Position numbers and translations under genes: made by a program | Virus record (IMG/VR): IMGVR_UViG_3300049142_000128 | Coordinates: 13,128-77,127 of that record | Strand: one strand, 5' to 3' | DNA from: a virus | Taxonomy: Duplodnaviria > Caudoviricetes | DNA length: 64,000 nucleotides | Shown here: positions 26,043 to 35,724 of the stretch, in pieces | Layout of the letters: each line of letters begins with the position of its first letter | Position numbering within the stretch: position 1 is the stretch's first letter | The notes under the pieces: model-generated | Seen by the model: only the letters and a program-made list of their open reading frames with translations | Database searches by the model: none | Told to the model about the DNA's origin: nothing

Positions 26043-27158
26043 CTACGCGGCGACCATGAACCGGTAGGCGTTCGCGGCCGGGGCGCCCGGGAGGGTGATG
26101 GTGACGTTGTTGGCGTCGGCGGCGACGTCGTCGACCTCGACGAGCTGCCCGGGTGTCGGGCCGGCCGGGCCGTACCGCACGACGACGAGCGGGGAGGCGT
26201 TGCCGGCGCCGTGGTTGAAGGTCACGGCCGCCCCGGCCACGGTGATCGGTAGCCCGTCGACGGTGCCGGACGCGGTCGGGACGATGCCCTGCCACTTACG
26301 CAGCACGCGGCCGGTGTCGATGCCGACGGCGTCGGCCGTCACGAGGATGCCGGGGCCCTGCCCGACGTCGTAGGTCGAGCCGGTCTTCGTGAGGCCGGCG
26401 CCCGCGATGCCAACCTCACCGGTGCTCGCCCCGTACGGGGAGAACGTCAGCGGGGTGGTGCCGATCGTGATCGGCCCGTCGGTGGTGAGCATGTAGAGCC
26501 GGTCGCCCTGGGTGCTGCCGGCGCTCACGGGGACGATCGACCCGGGCGGCAGCTCCGCGGCGGTGTCGGCGTCGCTCGCGCGGGTCCACGTCCCGTTCGT
26601 CCCGGTGCCCAGGGACGACACCACGTAGATGCCGTTCAGCTCGGCCGCGGTCTGGTCCTTCACGAGGACGCGGTCGTTCGCGGCGAGCGTCACGCCGTCG
26701 AGGGTGTTCGGCGCGCCTCCGGCGAGGTTGGCGATGTTCGCGGTGCTCGCGGCCCGGACGGCGGTCTTGAAGTGCTGGTTGTTGACCAGCGCGAGGAGCT
26801 GCCCGTACGTGGCCGCGTCGCTGCCGGCGGAGCCATCCGCGAGCCCGGTGATCTTCCTGCCGTTGAGGCCGACGTCCGCGGTGGGCGCGGCGAGCTGGTC
26901 GAGCCGCGCGGTGAACACCTGCGTCATGAAGTCGGAGACCCGGGACGCGGTGATCGATCCGGTGGTGGCGGCGAGGTCCATCACGTTGATCGCGGTGGTG
27001 CCGTTCCAGAACCGCAGCTGGTTGAGGTCGGTGCGGTACCAGAGGCGGCCCGCGTCGCCGGCGCCGAGGCCGGCCGGGTCGGAGGTGACCGGGTGCATCA
27101 GGGCGCCGATCAGCGCGAACCCGGTGAGGTCGATGTTCGCCAGGAAGCGACGGGGCAC
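26043..27158 (-). CDS. Tail fibre/minor tail protein
   Basis: KITGLADG...DAATYGQL, VRAASTANI, LDGVTLAANDRVLVKDQ...NGIYVV...WTRASD. Confidence 0.75.
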   Translation of the reverse strand: MPRRFLANIDLTGFALIGALMHPVTSDPAGLGAGDAGRLWYRTDLNQLRFWNGTTAINVMDLAATTGSITASRVSDFMTQVFTARLDQLAAPTADVGLNGRKITGLADGSAGSDAATYGQLLALVNNQHFKTAVRAASTANIANLAGGAPNTLDGVTLAANDRVLVKDQTAAELNGIYVVSSLGTGTNGTWTRASDADTAAELPPGSIVPVSAGSTQGDRLYMLTTDGPITIGTTPLTFSPYGASTGEVGIAGAGLTKTGSTYDVGQGPGILVTADAVGIDTGRVLRKWQGIVPTASGTVDGLPITVAGAAVTFNHGAGNASPLVVVRYGPAGPTPGQLVEVDDVAADANNVTITLPGAPAANAYRFMVAA

Positions 27159-27171
27159 GGGTGGCGTCCTC

Positions 27172-27831
27172 TCAGCTCAGGTAGATCACGCCGGCGAACG
27201 GGGCGCCGTACGCGAGTTCGATGACCCCGTCGACGGGGTAGGCGGCGGCGTCGTACTCGACGTCCTGGCCGAGCAGGTCGACCGAGCGGATCCCGGCCGG
27301 CTTCCACGGGAGCCCGTGGGCGACCTGTATGACGGTGGCCGGCGTGGACTGGGTGTGTTCGTAGCCGCCGCCTCCTCCGCCGCCGACCGGGGTGAGGGGC
27401 CGCCAGAGGCCGTCGCCGCCTTTGGTGAGCACCTGCCCGGGGCTGCCGGTGTCGGCGCCGGTGACGTCCTCGAGGTCGTCGAGGCGGCGCGCGCCGACCG
27501 AACCGGCAGGCGGGGGCGGGCAGCACGGAGCTGCCGCGGGATCGATGATCGCGATGTCGCGCAGCTGGAACGGGCCGGGGCCGTCCGGGACGACCGCGGC
27601 GTGCTGCGCCCCGGGTTCCTCGATCCGATACCAGGTGCTGTCGGCGTCGTAGCTCGAGCTCGCGGGCAGGTCGAGCGACCAGGAGCCGTCCTGCTCGATC
27701 GTGGTCGTCCACGTCGTGACGGCCTCGCGGACGCCGCCGCCGGTCGTGTACCAGCCGACCGGGGCCATGAGCCGGGCCACGACGGTGCGGCCGGCTGGCA
27801 CCGGCTGCATCGTGTTGACCACCTGACCCAC
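27172..27831 (-). CDS. Minor tail protein
   Basis: RLDDLEDV, GQVLTK, YEHTQSTPATV fibre-type motifs. Confidence 0.65.
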   Translation of the reverse strand: MGQVVNTMQPVPAGRTVVARLMAPVGWYTTGGGVREAVTTWTTTIEQDGSWSLDLPASSSYDADSTWYRIEEPGAQHAAVVPDGPGPFQLRDIAIIDPAAAPCCPPPPAGSVGARRLDDLEDVTGADTGSPGQVLTKGGDGLWRPLTPVGGGGGGGYEHTQSTPATVIQVAHGLPWKPAGIRSVDLLGQDVEYDAAAYPVDGVIELAYGAPFAGVIYLS

Positions 27832-27870
27832 GGGCGGCAGTCCATCGGCCGCGGGCCGGCGGCCCGGTTC

Positions 27871-27881
27871 AGTCGCGTGTC
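27871..27881 (-). promoter_or_regulatory. Late-region motif GACACGCGACT
   Basis: 26 nt before TGGACT; GTG at 27831 lies 8 nt from the final T. Confidence 0.65.
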
Positions 27882-28740
27882 AGCCGGGCAGCTCGCCGAG
27901 CCCGTCGCCGTCGTCGCCGCTCGCGGGTGGGGTCGCGGAGTCCGGGTCAACGCACGTGATCGACCGCGCGTACGTGACCCCGTCCGTGCCCTCGACGGGG
28001 CCGGTCTCGACGGGCCGGTATCCCTCGGGGCAGTCCGGGCCCGGGGAGCCGGTCTCGCCCCGCTCGCCCTGCGGGAGCGGGCCGGCGTCCTGCGTGCTGC
28101 CGTCGGTGTAGGTGACGACGAGCCGGCCGTCGACCTGGTCGACCGACGCGACCCCGCGCCCCGCCGGTCCGTCGCCGCCGTCCGCGCCGTCCTGCCCGTC
28201 CTCGCCGTCGCGGCCGACGACCGGGCCGAGGTCGACCCGCTGCCCGTCGGTGTAGGTGAGCACGAGCCTGCCGTCGACGATGTCGCTGCTCTCGATCCCG
28301 CGCCCGGGAGGCCCCTGCTCGCCGTCGCGGCCGACGACACGGCCGACGTCCTCGCTGGTGCCGTCCGTGTAGGCGACGATCAAGTGCCCCGCCGGGTTGA
28401 CGTCGGTGCTAGTGATGCCGCGCCCGTCCTGGCCGTCCGAGCCGTCGCTGCCGGGGATCGGCTGGGCCTGAACCTCGCTGGCGCGGCTGCAGAGCGGGTC
28501 GTCCGGGCGGAGCACCCCGGTCGAGCAGGCCTGCTGCACCTGGGATGCGAGGCCGAGGGCCTGCCCGGCTGCGGCGTCCCGCTCCCCCTCGACGCTGCTG
28601 CCGCGCGTGGCGAGCCACACGACGCCGCCGATCGCGACGAGAGCGACCACGACGAGCGCGATGAGCAGGACACGACCGCGCGTATCGCGGTCGTCGTCAT
28701 CCGGCAGATGCGTGTCGGGGACGGCGTCCAGCCTCTCCAT
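27880..28740 (-). CDS. Membrane-anchored protein with collagen-like and GxLVxTYTDG repeats
   Basis: TM helix, then three GxDGxGI/V..S...LVxTYTDG repeats; start may be 28788. Confidence 0.7.
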   Translation of the reverse strand: MERLDAVPDTHLPDDDDRDTRGRVLLIALVVVALVAIGGVVWLATRGSSVEGERDAAAGQALGLASQVQQACSTGVLRPDDPLCSRASEVQAQPIPGSDGSDGQDGRGITSTDVNPAGHLIVAYTDGTSEDVGRVVGRDGEQGPPGRGIESSDIVDGRLVLTYTDGQRVDLGPVVGRDGEDGQDGADGGDGPAGRGVASVDQVDGRLVVTYTDGSTQDAGPLPQGERGETGSPGPDCPEGYRPVETGPVEGTDGVTYARSITCVDPDSATPPASGDDGDGLGELPG

Positions 28741-29017
28741 CAGGTCCGGCCGCGAGTGTGCCGGGCTCGTCGTCGTAGGTGTCCTCATCGGCTGTCAACG
28801 TCCTCAGGAGCTCCGGTCGCGGTGGAGGCCGCACCCCGCGCGAGGTCCACCCCTTCCGCTCGAGCGTGTACAGGTGCACGTCGTACTCCTGCACGAGCGC
28901 CCGCAGCCGCCGGTTCTCCCGGCGTTGCACCCGGCTCTGGCGCTGGAAGTAGGCGCCGATCGCGGGGATCGCCAGCAGCAGCGCGCCGAGCACGCTGCCG
29001 ATCAGCGTGAAGTCCAC
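28697..29017 (-). CDS. Membrane protein (TM + coiled coil), possible lysis accessory
   Basis: MDFTLIGSVLGALLLAIPAIGAY; SD GGAGGAG. Confidence 0.65.
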   Translation of the reverse strand: MDFTLIGSVLGALLLAIPAIGAYFQRQSRVQRRENRRLRALVQEYDVHLYTLERKGWTSRGVRPPPRPELLRTLTADEDTYDDEPGTLAAGPDGEAGRRPRHASAG

Positions 29018-29104
29018 CCACCACTCCTCCAGCTCCGCGCGGTCGGCTCAGCGCACGCGGCTTCCCGGCGCAGTGCACGCGATCAGCCGAGCGGTGAGCC
29101 GATC

Positions 29105-29115
29105 AGACGCGTGTC
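29105..29115 (-). promoter_or_regulatory. Late-region motif GACACGCGTCT
   Basis: Intergenic; TGCACT 27 nt downstream. Confidence 0.55.
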
Positions 29116-29124
29116 CGGGCGCGG

Positions 29125-29484
29125 TCAGGACCAGGGGTTCTCGCCCTGGGTGATCGTGAACGGGGGGTAGACGCGCTCCGGCGGCTCGTCGGGGATCTCC
29201 CCGTCGGCTGGGTGCCACCGCTGCAGGAGGCCGCCCGCCGGTTCGACCCATTGCTCGACGCCGTACCGCATGACGGTGTCGCCGAGCTCGGCCACGCCGC
29301 CCGGTCCGACCGGGCCTGGCGGGACGACGAGGACGTGGCGGCCGTCGTCGCGAAGCTCGAGCTCGCCGCCGCACCACTCGGCCAGCTCGGCCACCGCCTC
29401 CATCGTGAACTGGCGGCCCTCGGCGACGACGTCCTGCCGGACGACGGGACGGAGTTCGTAGTAGCGCTGCAGGTACTGCGGCAT
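29125..29484 (-). CDS. Hypothetical protein
   Basis: TGATG coupling; globular composition. Confidence 0.65.
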   Translation of the reverse strand: MPQYLQRYYELRPVVRQDVVAEGRQFTMEAVAELAEWCGGELELRDDGRHVLVVPPGPVGPGGVAELGDTVMRYGVEQWVEPAGGLLQRWHPADGEIPDEPPERVYPPFTITQGENPWS

Positions 29485-29696
29485 CACGGCTCCGCGGTCG
29501 CCGCCGGCTGCGGCTTCTGCTGGTTCTCCAGCTGGACGACGCGCTGCTGCAGGACGTCGGCCGCGACGCGCCACTGCGCCCGCTCCCACAGCGCGCGGCC
29601 GAGGTCGCTCGAGCACAGCTCGCGGATGACGAGCGCCGGGTCGACCTCGATCGGCGGCGGGCTGGCCGGCGCGGTGGCCGTGGCGGTGTCGGTCAC
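29484..29696 (-). CDS. Small coiled-coil protein (possible fibre chaperone)
   Basis: GTGA overlap with the large tail gene. Confidence 0.6.
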   Translation of the reverse strand: MTDTATATAPASPPPIEVDPALVIRELCSSDLGRALWERAQWRVAADVLQQRVVQLENQQKPQPAATAEP

Positions 29697-32600
29697 GATG
29701 GCTCCTCCGGAGGGACGTAGGGCGGGGTGTAGAGGCCGAGGCCGATCGCGGTAGCGCTCACGCGGGTGGTGTCGCTGGTGCCGACGACGACGTTCGAGTT
29801 GCTGATGTTCTTGAAGACCACGATCGCACCCGTCGCGGACACCGAGCCGGTCTTGATCCACGCGGCGACCTTGCCGGCCCAGATGGCCGAGGAGTGCATC
29901 TGGACGAACCCGCCGGTGGGAGCGGCGGGCGGCGTGGAATCCCAGGTGACCGGTGCTTCCACGGTCGCGCCGGGCGGGAAGATCCCGCGCGGGAAGAACG
30001 CGCCCGGGTCGAGCACGACCGTGCCGCTGGTGCTGACGATCTCCTGCTCGAAGATCTGGTTCAGGGCGCCCCACATCACGCCCATCTCGGAGCTGATCGA
30101 CAGCCCGATGGACTCCTCGCCCGAGGGGAGGCGGGCGACTCGGTGTAGGACCTCGGGCAGCTCTTCGGCGATCACACCGACCGACACCGGTTCGTCCGGG
30201 TTGCCGGTGGTGAACTTGAACTTCCGGGCGCGGGCGTTCCGGATGACCTCGACCGGGTCCAGGATCGCGCGGACGTCCTCGATCTCCTCCTTGGCCGTCT
30301 CCGAGGAGGTCTTCTCCCAGTCCAGCGCGCGGCCTACGCCCCAGTCGGTCATGTTCCCGTTGGTGACCGCGAAGCGGCCGCCGAGGCCGCTGAAGTTCTC
30401 GAACTTGAAGCCGGTGTCGTTGCCGACCATGCCGCCGTTGCCGTTGGAGTCGGTGATGTAGGAGATGCCGGAGCGGGTGATGAAGTCGCCGTCGCTGTCG
30501 ATGGTGGAGAACTGGATGCGGCGGCCGGAGTTCACACCGCTGACGGGGCTGGTCCAGCGCTCGTCGACCTGGAAGTTCATGAACGGCGCCGTCATGCGGG
30601 TCTGGCGGTCGAGCACGAGCAGCTCGGCCCGGATGTTCTCCAGGAGGTTGGCCTCGCGGCTGAAGTTGATGCCGACGCCGAGCATGTTCACGTTGACGCG
30701 GCCGGAGCGCTGGTTGGAGTCGAGTGGGCCCCGCCAGACGACGTCGTTGCCCTCGTTGCTGATCTGCGAGTAGTTGTTCCCGGCGGCCGGGTAGAGGCGC
30801 AGGGTGCCGTCGGGCATCATCACCCACCGCTCGCCCACCAGGTTGGACTGGAGCGTGCCGGTGATGAGGGCGGTGCCGTTGGTGGCGTTCAGGTTGACGG
30901 TGAGCTGGTTGCTCGAGTTGTAGAGCCGCAGGCCGGCGGCATCGAACTCGCCGCGGCTGGTGGTCGCTCCGACCGGGGCGGTGCGGATCTGACTGCCGAG
31001 CACCACGGTGGCCTGCAGCGTGCCGGTGATGAGCTTCCCGACCGACAGCGTTTCGATCTTCGCGTCGTTGACGGCGAGGTCGGCGATCTTCGCGCGGACG
31101 ATCTCCCCGTCGATGATCTGCGCCCGGTCGATCGCGTTCGGCCCGATGTCGATGTTGACGAGCTGCTGCGCGGTGGCTGGCCCCGCGACCGGTGAAAGCG
31201 GCGACGCGAGACCGCTCCGGTCGACCGCACGGAACGCGACGTACCAGCCGACGCCGATCGGGATGTTCGGCTGGTTCCAGGTGCCGCCGATGGGCTGCAG
31301 GTTCGCGACGTGCTGCGGCGTCGTCAGGTTCGGGTCGAACTCGACGGGGTCCGACACGGTCGGCGGCACGGAGAACGCGGCGGTCTGGGAGAACCACACC
31401 TCGACGACGTTGGTGTCGTCCGGCATCGACTCGCCGGCCGAGCCGAGCCCGTCGTAGTGCGCGTCGAGGGTCCTGAACCACACTGCCAGCTGCGGCATCG
31501 ACGGGGCTGGGGGCGCCGTGTTGTCGACCTGCGTGGTGATGTCCACCCGGGTCGACCATTCCGACTGCAGCCCGGAGCGGTCGACCGCGGCGACCTGAAC
31601 GCCGATCTCGCGCCCGGCTTCCGCGGTGCCCCACATCAGCTGCAACCCGCTGGTCGGGGAGCCCTCCGGCTCGTACCAGGCCAGCGGTTCACCCTCCGGG
31701 TTGCTCGACGGGAGGCCACCGACCTGGTCGAACCCCAGGTAGGCCCAGCGGACCCGGTATCCCCTGATGTCGGTGGCCGGGGTGCCGTCGGCGTTCGTGG
31801 TGACCGCCTGCCACTGCGCGGACACCTCGGCGTAGGTGAGGGGGTCGCCCGGCACCTGGTAGGCGACATCGGAGGCGACGACGAGCCCGGTCGGCGCGGC
31901 CGGGGGCTTCCCGTCGTCCGGGTTGTTGGGGGCGCTCGTGCCGATGACGGTGGCGCCGCCCTTGAGCCGGTCGATCTGCTGCTGCAGCGACACGTCCCGC
32001 TCTTCGATGAGGTCGCGCAGCACGACCCCGCCGGAGTAGTGGTCGTCGCGCATCGAGATCGTCAGCTGCGAGATGCGCTCGCGGTCGGGCGGGCCGGCGA
32101 AGCCGCGGCCGCGATCGGAGTACACCCAGTCCAGCGGGTACAGCTCACGCAGCGGCGTCGGGTGGTCCGGATCGAACGTGAGCGCGTGGGTGAGCTCGTC
32201 GACGCCCCAGATGCGGCGGCCGAGCTCGACGGTGCCGTAGGCGGTGGCCGAGGCCTGGTCGGCGAGGTTGCCCTGGGAGACGACCTGGCCGACGCGGCGG
32301 CCGCGGCGCGCTCGCGCGGTGTCGTCGTGCAGGGCGACGTAGACGCCGTCCTTGCCGATGACGAGCAGGTCGGTCGCGGCGTCCGAGACGTCGGTCCGGC
32401 GCGGGGCCTCGACGAGGTCCCGGCCGGCGCGCAGCACGATCGGCGGGTCCTTGAGGGTGTGGTCGACTCCGACGGTGTCCGGGACGTAGAGGCGCACCTC
32501 GAGGTCGGTGGTGACCTCGAACTCGGCGACGCCCCAAGCGCGGAGCTGCTGCGCGATCGAGTGCGGGGTCTCCCCCGGCGAGAACGTCGGGGACATGCGG

Positions 32601-34048
32601 TGGTCGGTTGGCCACGGCGTGCCGCGGGAGTCGACGAGGTCGGTGAAGGTCCACGACAGGTCCTCGAGGAATCCCTCGGCCTGGGCGGCCGCGAGGACCC
32701 AGCCGAGGATCGCGCCGGCCGTGGCCGCGGTGAAGTGGGTCTCGCCCTTCTCGTCGGCGTCGTTGTAGGGCAGCCAGCCCTCGCGCATCAGCGCGGTGAG
32801 GAACGTGCCGGTGAAGGTGACGGTGCCGTCCTCGGACACCTCGTCGCCCTGGCGGGCGGTGAGCAGCGCACCGAGCGCGTTCTGCGCCGTGCCGTCCGTG
32901 CGGATGTGGATGAACAGGTCCCTCGACCTGTTGATCCGCTGGTCGAGGACGTCGAAGTTGAGGCCGTCGACCGGGTACTCGAGCCGGACCGCGCCGTCCT
33001 CACCGGGGATCAGCGAGAGGTCCCAGCCGAGCGGCTGCGGAAGCGGGCACAGGATGCTGCGGTCGTCGTCGAGGGCCCAGAAGTCGACGCGCAGCGGCGG
33101 CCGCGGTCGCCGCTCGAGCGCCGGCTCGTAGACGGCAGCAGCCGAAGGCACCGTGCCAGGACGGATGACCTGCGCGAGCTTCGGCGCTGGCGGCGCGGGT
33201 GGCGCCGGAACCGACGCCGGGAACACGTCGACCGGCCCGGGGACGACGGCCGGGGCGGAGGGCGGCGCAGGCGCCGGGACCGGTGTCGGGGAGATCGTGA
33301 ACCCGACCTTGAGCTGCGGCTGCGGCGGCGCGGCCGGCGCCGGCACGGTGGTCGGGTTGATCGTCTGCGCGGGTGGGGCTGGGACTGCCGCGATCACGAC
33401 GTGCGCGGTGATCCACTGTTCCTGGAGGTCGAAGGTGATCGAACCGGGCGAGAACCCGGTCACGCCGGCCGCGGACCGGTCCATGGAGTGCGCGAGGACC
33501 GGGAGGGTGGCGGCCTGCGGGGCGGGCGGGGTGACGTTGCCCCACCCGCTCGGGATGGTGGTCAGGGCGTGCTGCTCGCCGTCGCTGTTGTCGATCCCCA
33601 GGAAGATCAGCGAGTCGTAGTCGCCGCTCGCCAGGCCGGTGATCGCGGTGACTGTGGCGGTGCCGGTGGCGCCGGTGTTGCCGCCGCCGCTGACGAGCTG
33701 CACCTGCGCGGTTGGGAGCGCGCCGGCGCCCTGCATGCAGATGACGTCCCAGGCGGCTTCGACGAGGTTGCCGTGGCCGCCGTCGACCATGGTCATCGTC
33801 AGCGCGTCGTTGGCGGATCCGTCGAGCACCCGCGTGACGACGGTGAGGCGGTGGTTGGTGCTCGTGCCCTGCCCGAGGGTCCAGGCCGGGTCCGTGGCCC
33901 ACCCGGTGGACGGGGTTGCGGTCGTGGTCGCGTTGTTGTTGACGAACCCGACGACGACCCGGTCGCCGTTCTGCCTGCCGGCCGGGAGCGGGACGGCGTG
34001 CGTGACGGCGGCCGGGGCCGTGCCGGCGAGGCGGGAGCGGATTGCCAC
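29693..34048 (-). CDS. Large tail tip protein (Tal/central fibre) with Fn3-like domains and S74-like intramolecular chaperone
   Basis: 1451 aa after Dit; KPPAAPTGL and PPAPSMPQL Fn3-like starts; SSETAKEEIEDV...GVIAEEL chaperone-like motif. Confidence 0.8.
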   Translation of the reverse strand: MAIRSRLAGTAPAAVTHAVPLPAGRQNGDRVVVGFVNNNATTTATPSTGWATDPAWTLGQGTSTNHRLTVVTRVLDGSANDALTMTMVDGGHGNLVEAAWDVICMQGAGALPTAQVQLVSGGGNTGATGTATVTAITGLASGDYDSLIFLGIDNSDGEQHALTTIPSGWGNVTPPAPQAATLPVLAHSMDRSAAGVTGFSPGSITFDLQEQWITAHVVIAAVPAPPAQTINPTTVPAPAAPPQPQLKVGFTISPTPVPAPAPPSAPAVVPGPVDVFPASVPAPPAPPAPKLAQVIRPGTVPSAAAVYEPALERRPRPPLRVDFWALDDDRSILCPLPQPLGWDLSLIPGEDGAVRLEYPVDGLNFDVLDQRINRSRDLFIHIRTDGTAQNALGALLTARQGDEVSEDGTVTFTGTFLTALMREGWLPYNDADEKGETHFTAATAGAILGWVLAAAQAEGFLEDLSWTFTDLVDSRGTPWPTDHRMSPTFSPGETPHSIAQQLRAWGVAEFEVTTDLEVRLYVPDTVGVDHTLKDPPIVLRAGRDLVEAPRRTDVSDAATDLLVIGKDGVYVALHDDTARARRGRRVGQVVSQGNLADQASATAYGTVELGRRIWGVDELTHALTFDPDHPTPLRELYPLDWVYSDRGRGFAGPPDRERISQLTISMRDDHYSGGVVLRDLIEERDVSLQQQIDRLKGGATVIGTSAPNNPDDGKPPAAPTGLVVASDVAYQVPGDPLTYAEVSAQWQAVTTNADGTPATDIRGYRVRWAYLGFDQVGGLPSSNPEGEPLAWYEPEGSPTSGLQLMWGTAEAGREIGVQVAAVDRSGLQSEWSTRVDITTQVDNTAPPAPSMPQLAVWFRTLDAHYDGLGSAGESMPDDTNVVEVWFSQTAAFSVPPTVSDPVEFDPNLTTPQHVANLQPIGGTWNQPNIPIGVGWYVAFRAVDRSGLASPLSPVAGPATAQQLVNIDIGPNAIDRAQIIDGEIVRAKIADLAVNDAKIETLSVGKLITGTLQATVVLGSQIRTAPVGATTSRGEFDAAGLRLYNSSNQLTVNLNATNGTALITGTLQSNLVGERWVMMPDGTLRLYPAAGNNYSQISNEGNDVVWRGPLDSNQRSGRVNVNMLGVGINFSREANLLENIRAELLVLDRQTRMTAPFMNFQVDERWTSPVSGVNSGRRIQFSTIDSDGDFITRSGISYITDSNGNGGMVGNDTGFKFENFSGLGGRFAVTNGNMTDWGVGRALDWEKTSSETAKEEIEDVRAILDPVEVIRNARARKFKFTTGNPDEPVSVGVIAEELPEVLHRVARLPSGEESIGLSISSEMGVMWGALNQIFEQEIVSTSGTVVLDPGAFFPRGIFPPGATVEAPVTWDSTPPAAPTGGFVQMHSSAIWAGKVAAWIKTGSVSATGAIVVFKNISNSNVVVGTSDTTRVSATAIGLGLYTPPYVPPEEPS

Positions 34049-34081
34049 GTCAGCTGACCACCGATGCGCTACCGGCCGACA

Positions 34082-34486
34082 TCAGAGCGTCGCGATGCCG
34101 GCGGCGTTCTGGACGACGTTGATGTCGCCACCGTTCGGGGTGACGGGGAGCCCGGACGTCGCGGTGTCGACGAAGATCAGAAGCCGTGAGCTGGCGTCCG
34201 AGCCCGTGTTTACCCAGTAGATCAGCGCCTCCGCCTGATCCCCGGTGACGGTGGGGAACGTGAAGTCGTTGGAGTCGAGCACGCCCAGCGCGGATGTCTT
34301 CCCGGCCAGCGGCCCGAACGAGGCCACCCGAGCGGCAGCAGGGACCGACGACCGGAACTCGTGCGTGTTGATCGACACCGTGTAGTCGGCGAGGTCGATC
34401 AGGTCCACATGGATCGCGGCCGTGCCCCAGTTGACCTGGGCGTTGGCCCAGGCCTGCCGGGCGAGCCCGTAGATCGCGTTCGCCAC
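34082..34486 (-). CDS. Minor tail protein
   Basis: MANAIY...GLPVTPNGGDINV actinophage-type motif. Confidence 0.7.
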   Translation of the reverse strand: MANAIYGLARQAWANAQVNWGTAAIHVDLIDLADYTVSINTHEFRSSVPAAARVASFGPLAGKTSALGVLDSNDFTFPTVTGDQAEALIYWVNTGSDASSRLLIFVDTATSGLPVTPNGGDINVVQNAAGIATL

Positions 34487-34489
34487 CGG

Positions 34490-34858
34490 TCAGCCCTCCT
34501 CGGGGAAGGTCGGCCACGGCAGCACCGTGGTGTCCGTGTCGTCGAGGCGCTCGTAGGTCTTGCGCCGGTACTCGGCGCCCCGGCCGACCGCGCGGAGAGC
34601 GGCCTCCTTCCGCGCCTCGCGCTCGTCGACGGCCTGCTTCTTCGACGCCGGCCCGTGCCCGTCGCCTACGTGCTGGGCGAGCCACGACCGCACGAACGGC
34701 TCGACGACCTCGACGGGGTCCCGCTGCCGCCAGATCCCGCCGCACAGGCAGAACAGCTCGGTGAACACGAGCTGCGCGGGGTCGGTGTGCACCGCGGGGT
34801 CGTAGAGCGGCGGTCGCTCCTCGGTGACGGCCTCGGCGGCCGCCTTGGTCCTGGCCAC
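34490..34858 (-). CDS. Hypothetical protein
   Basis: GTG with SD GGAGG. Confidence 0.6.
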   Translation of the reverse strand: MARTKAAAEAVTEERPPLYDPAVHTDPAQLVFTELFCLCGGIWRQRDPVEVVEPFVRSWLAQHVGDGHGPASKKQAVDEREARKEAALRAVGRGAEYRRKTYERLDDTDTTVLPWPTFPEEG

Positions 34859-34866
34859 AGGCCCTC

Positions 34867-35724
34867 CTAGGCGATCTTGTACTTGCGTTTGCCGGTGACG
34901 GTGGCCGTGCCAGCGCCCGGCCCGGTCTGGGTGAGCTCGACAACGGGCGGGGCGCCGCCCGGCTCGGGCCGCAGCGCGAACCAGCGGGTGGTGCCGCGGC
35001 CGCCGTAGGCGAGGTCCTCGTAGAGGCCGGGGGCGACGCCAGGGGAGCCGTAGACCTGCCATTCCGCGGTGTCGACGGTGACCGTCTGGCCGGGCAGGAT
35101 CACGCGGTTGATCTGCACCCAGATCCCGGTCGAGGGCTGCTCGAGGCGCGGGTTGGACTGCGCGCCGAACACGACGAGCAGGTCCTCCATGGGCGCGTCG
35201 GCTCCGGCGAACTCGGGGAGCGGCTGCTCGGCGCCGGAGATGACGGTCGCCGTGCTGGTGGCGGGGTCCGACCAGAACGGGGCGGCGCAGCGCAGGGCAA
35301 CGTTGAGGCGGCCGACGGTGTCGCGGTCGCGGCCGTCGATGTCGGGTGGGATCGCGGCGATGACCTCGCCGGTGATCTGGCGGGCGGTGCCGTCCTCGAG
35401 GGTGAGCCGGAGCGTGACCTGCTCGTCGACGGTGAGCAGCGTGAGGAGCCGGCGCAGGTTCTGGTGGAACACGAGCCGGCCGGCCCCGGCCGCCGGGATG
35501 GTGCCGTCAGGCTCGACGCCGCGCACCCATGGCCGGAACACGATGGTGTTGGCGCCGTACTTCTTGCCGGGCAGGTGCAGCTCGCCGTGCGAGCCGGGGA
35601 CGACGAGGTCGCGGCCGCGCTTCTCCGGGACCGCGACGAGACCGGGGATGCCGTCGACGCCCCGGTCGATGCAGGCGTCGAGGTCGTGGACGACGTCGTC
35701 GGCGGTGATCAGGTCGATGTTCAT
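34867..35724 (-). CDS. Distal tail protein (Dit-like)
   Basis: Directly after the tape measure (ATGA overlap); VPGSHG, APFWSD. Confidence 0.78.
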   Translation of the reverse strand: MNIDLITADDVVHDLDACIDRGVDGIPGLVAVPEKRGRDLVVPGSHGELHLPGKKYGANTIVFRPWVRGVEPDGTIPAAGAGRLVFHQNLRRLLTLLTVDEQVTLRLTLEDGTARQITGEVIAAIPPDIDGRDRDTVGRLNVALRCAAPFWSDPATSTATVISGAEQPLPEFAGADAPMEDLLVVFGAQSNPRLEQPSTGIWVQINRVILPGQTVTVDTAEWQVYGSPGVAPGLYEDLAYGGRGTTRWFALRPEPGGAPPVVELTQTGPGAGTATVTGKRKYKIA

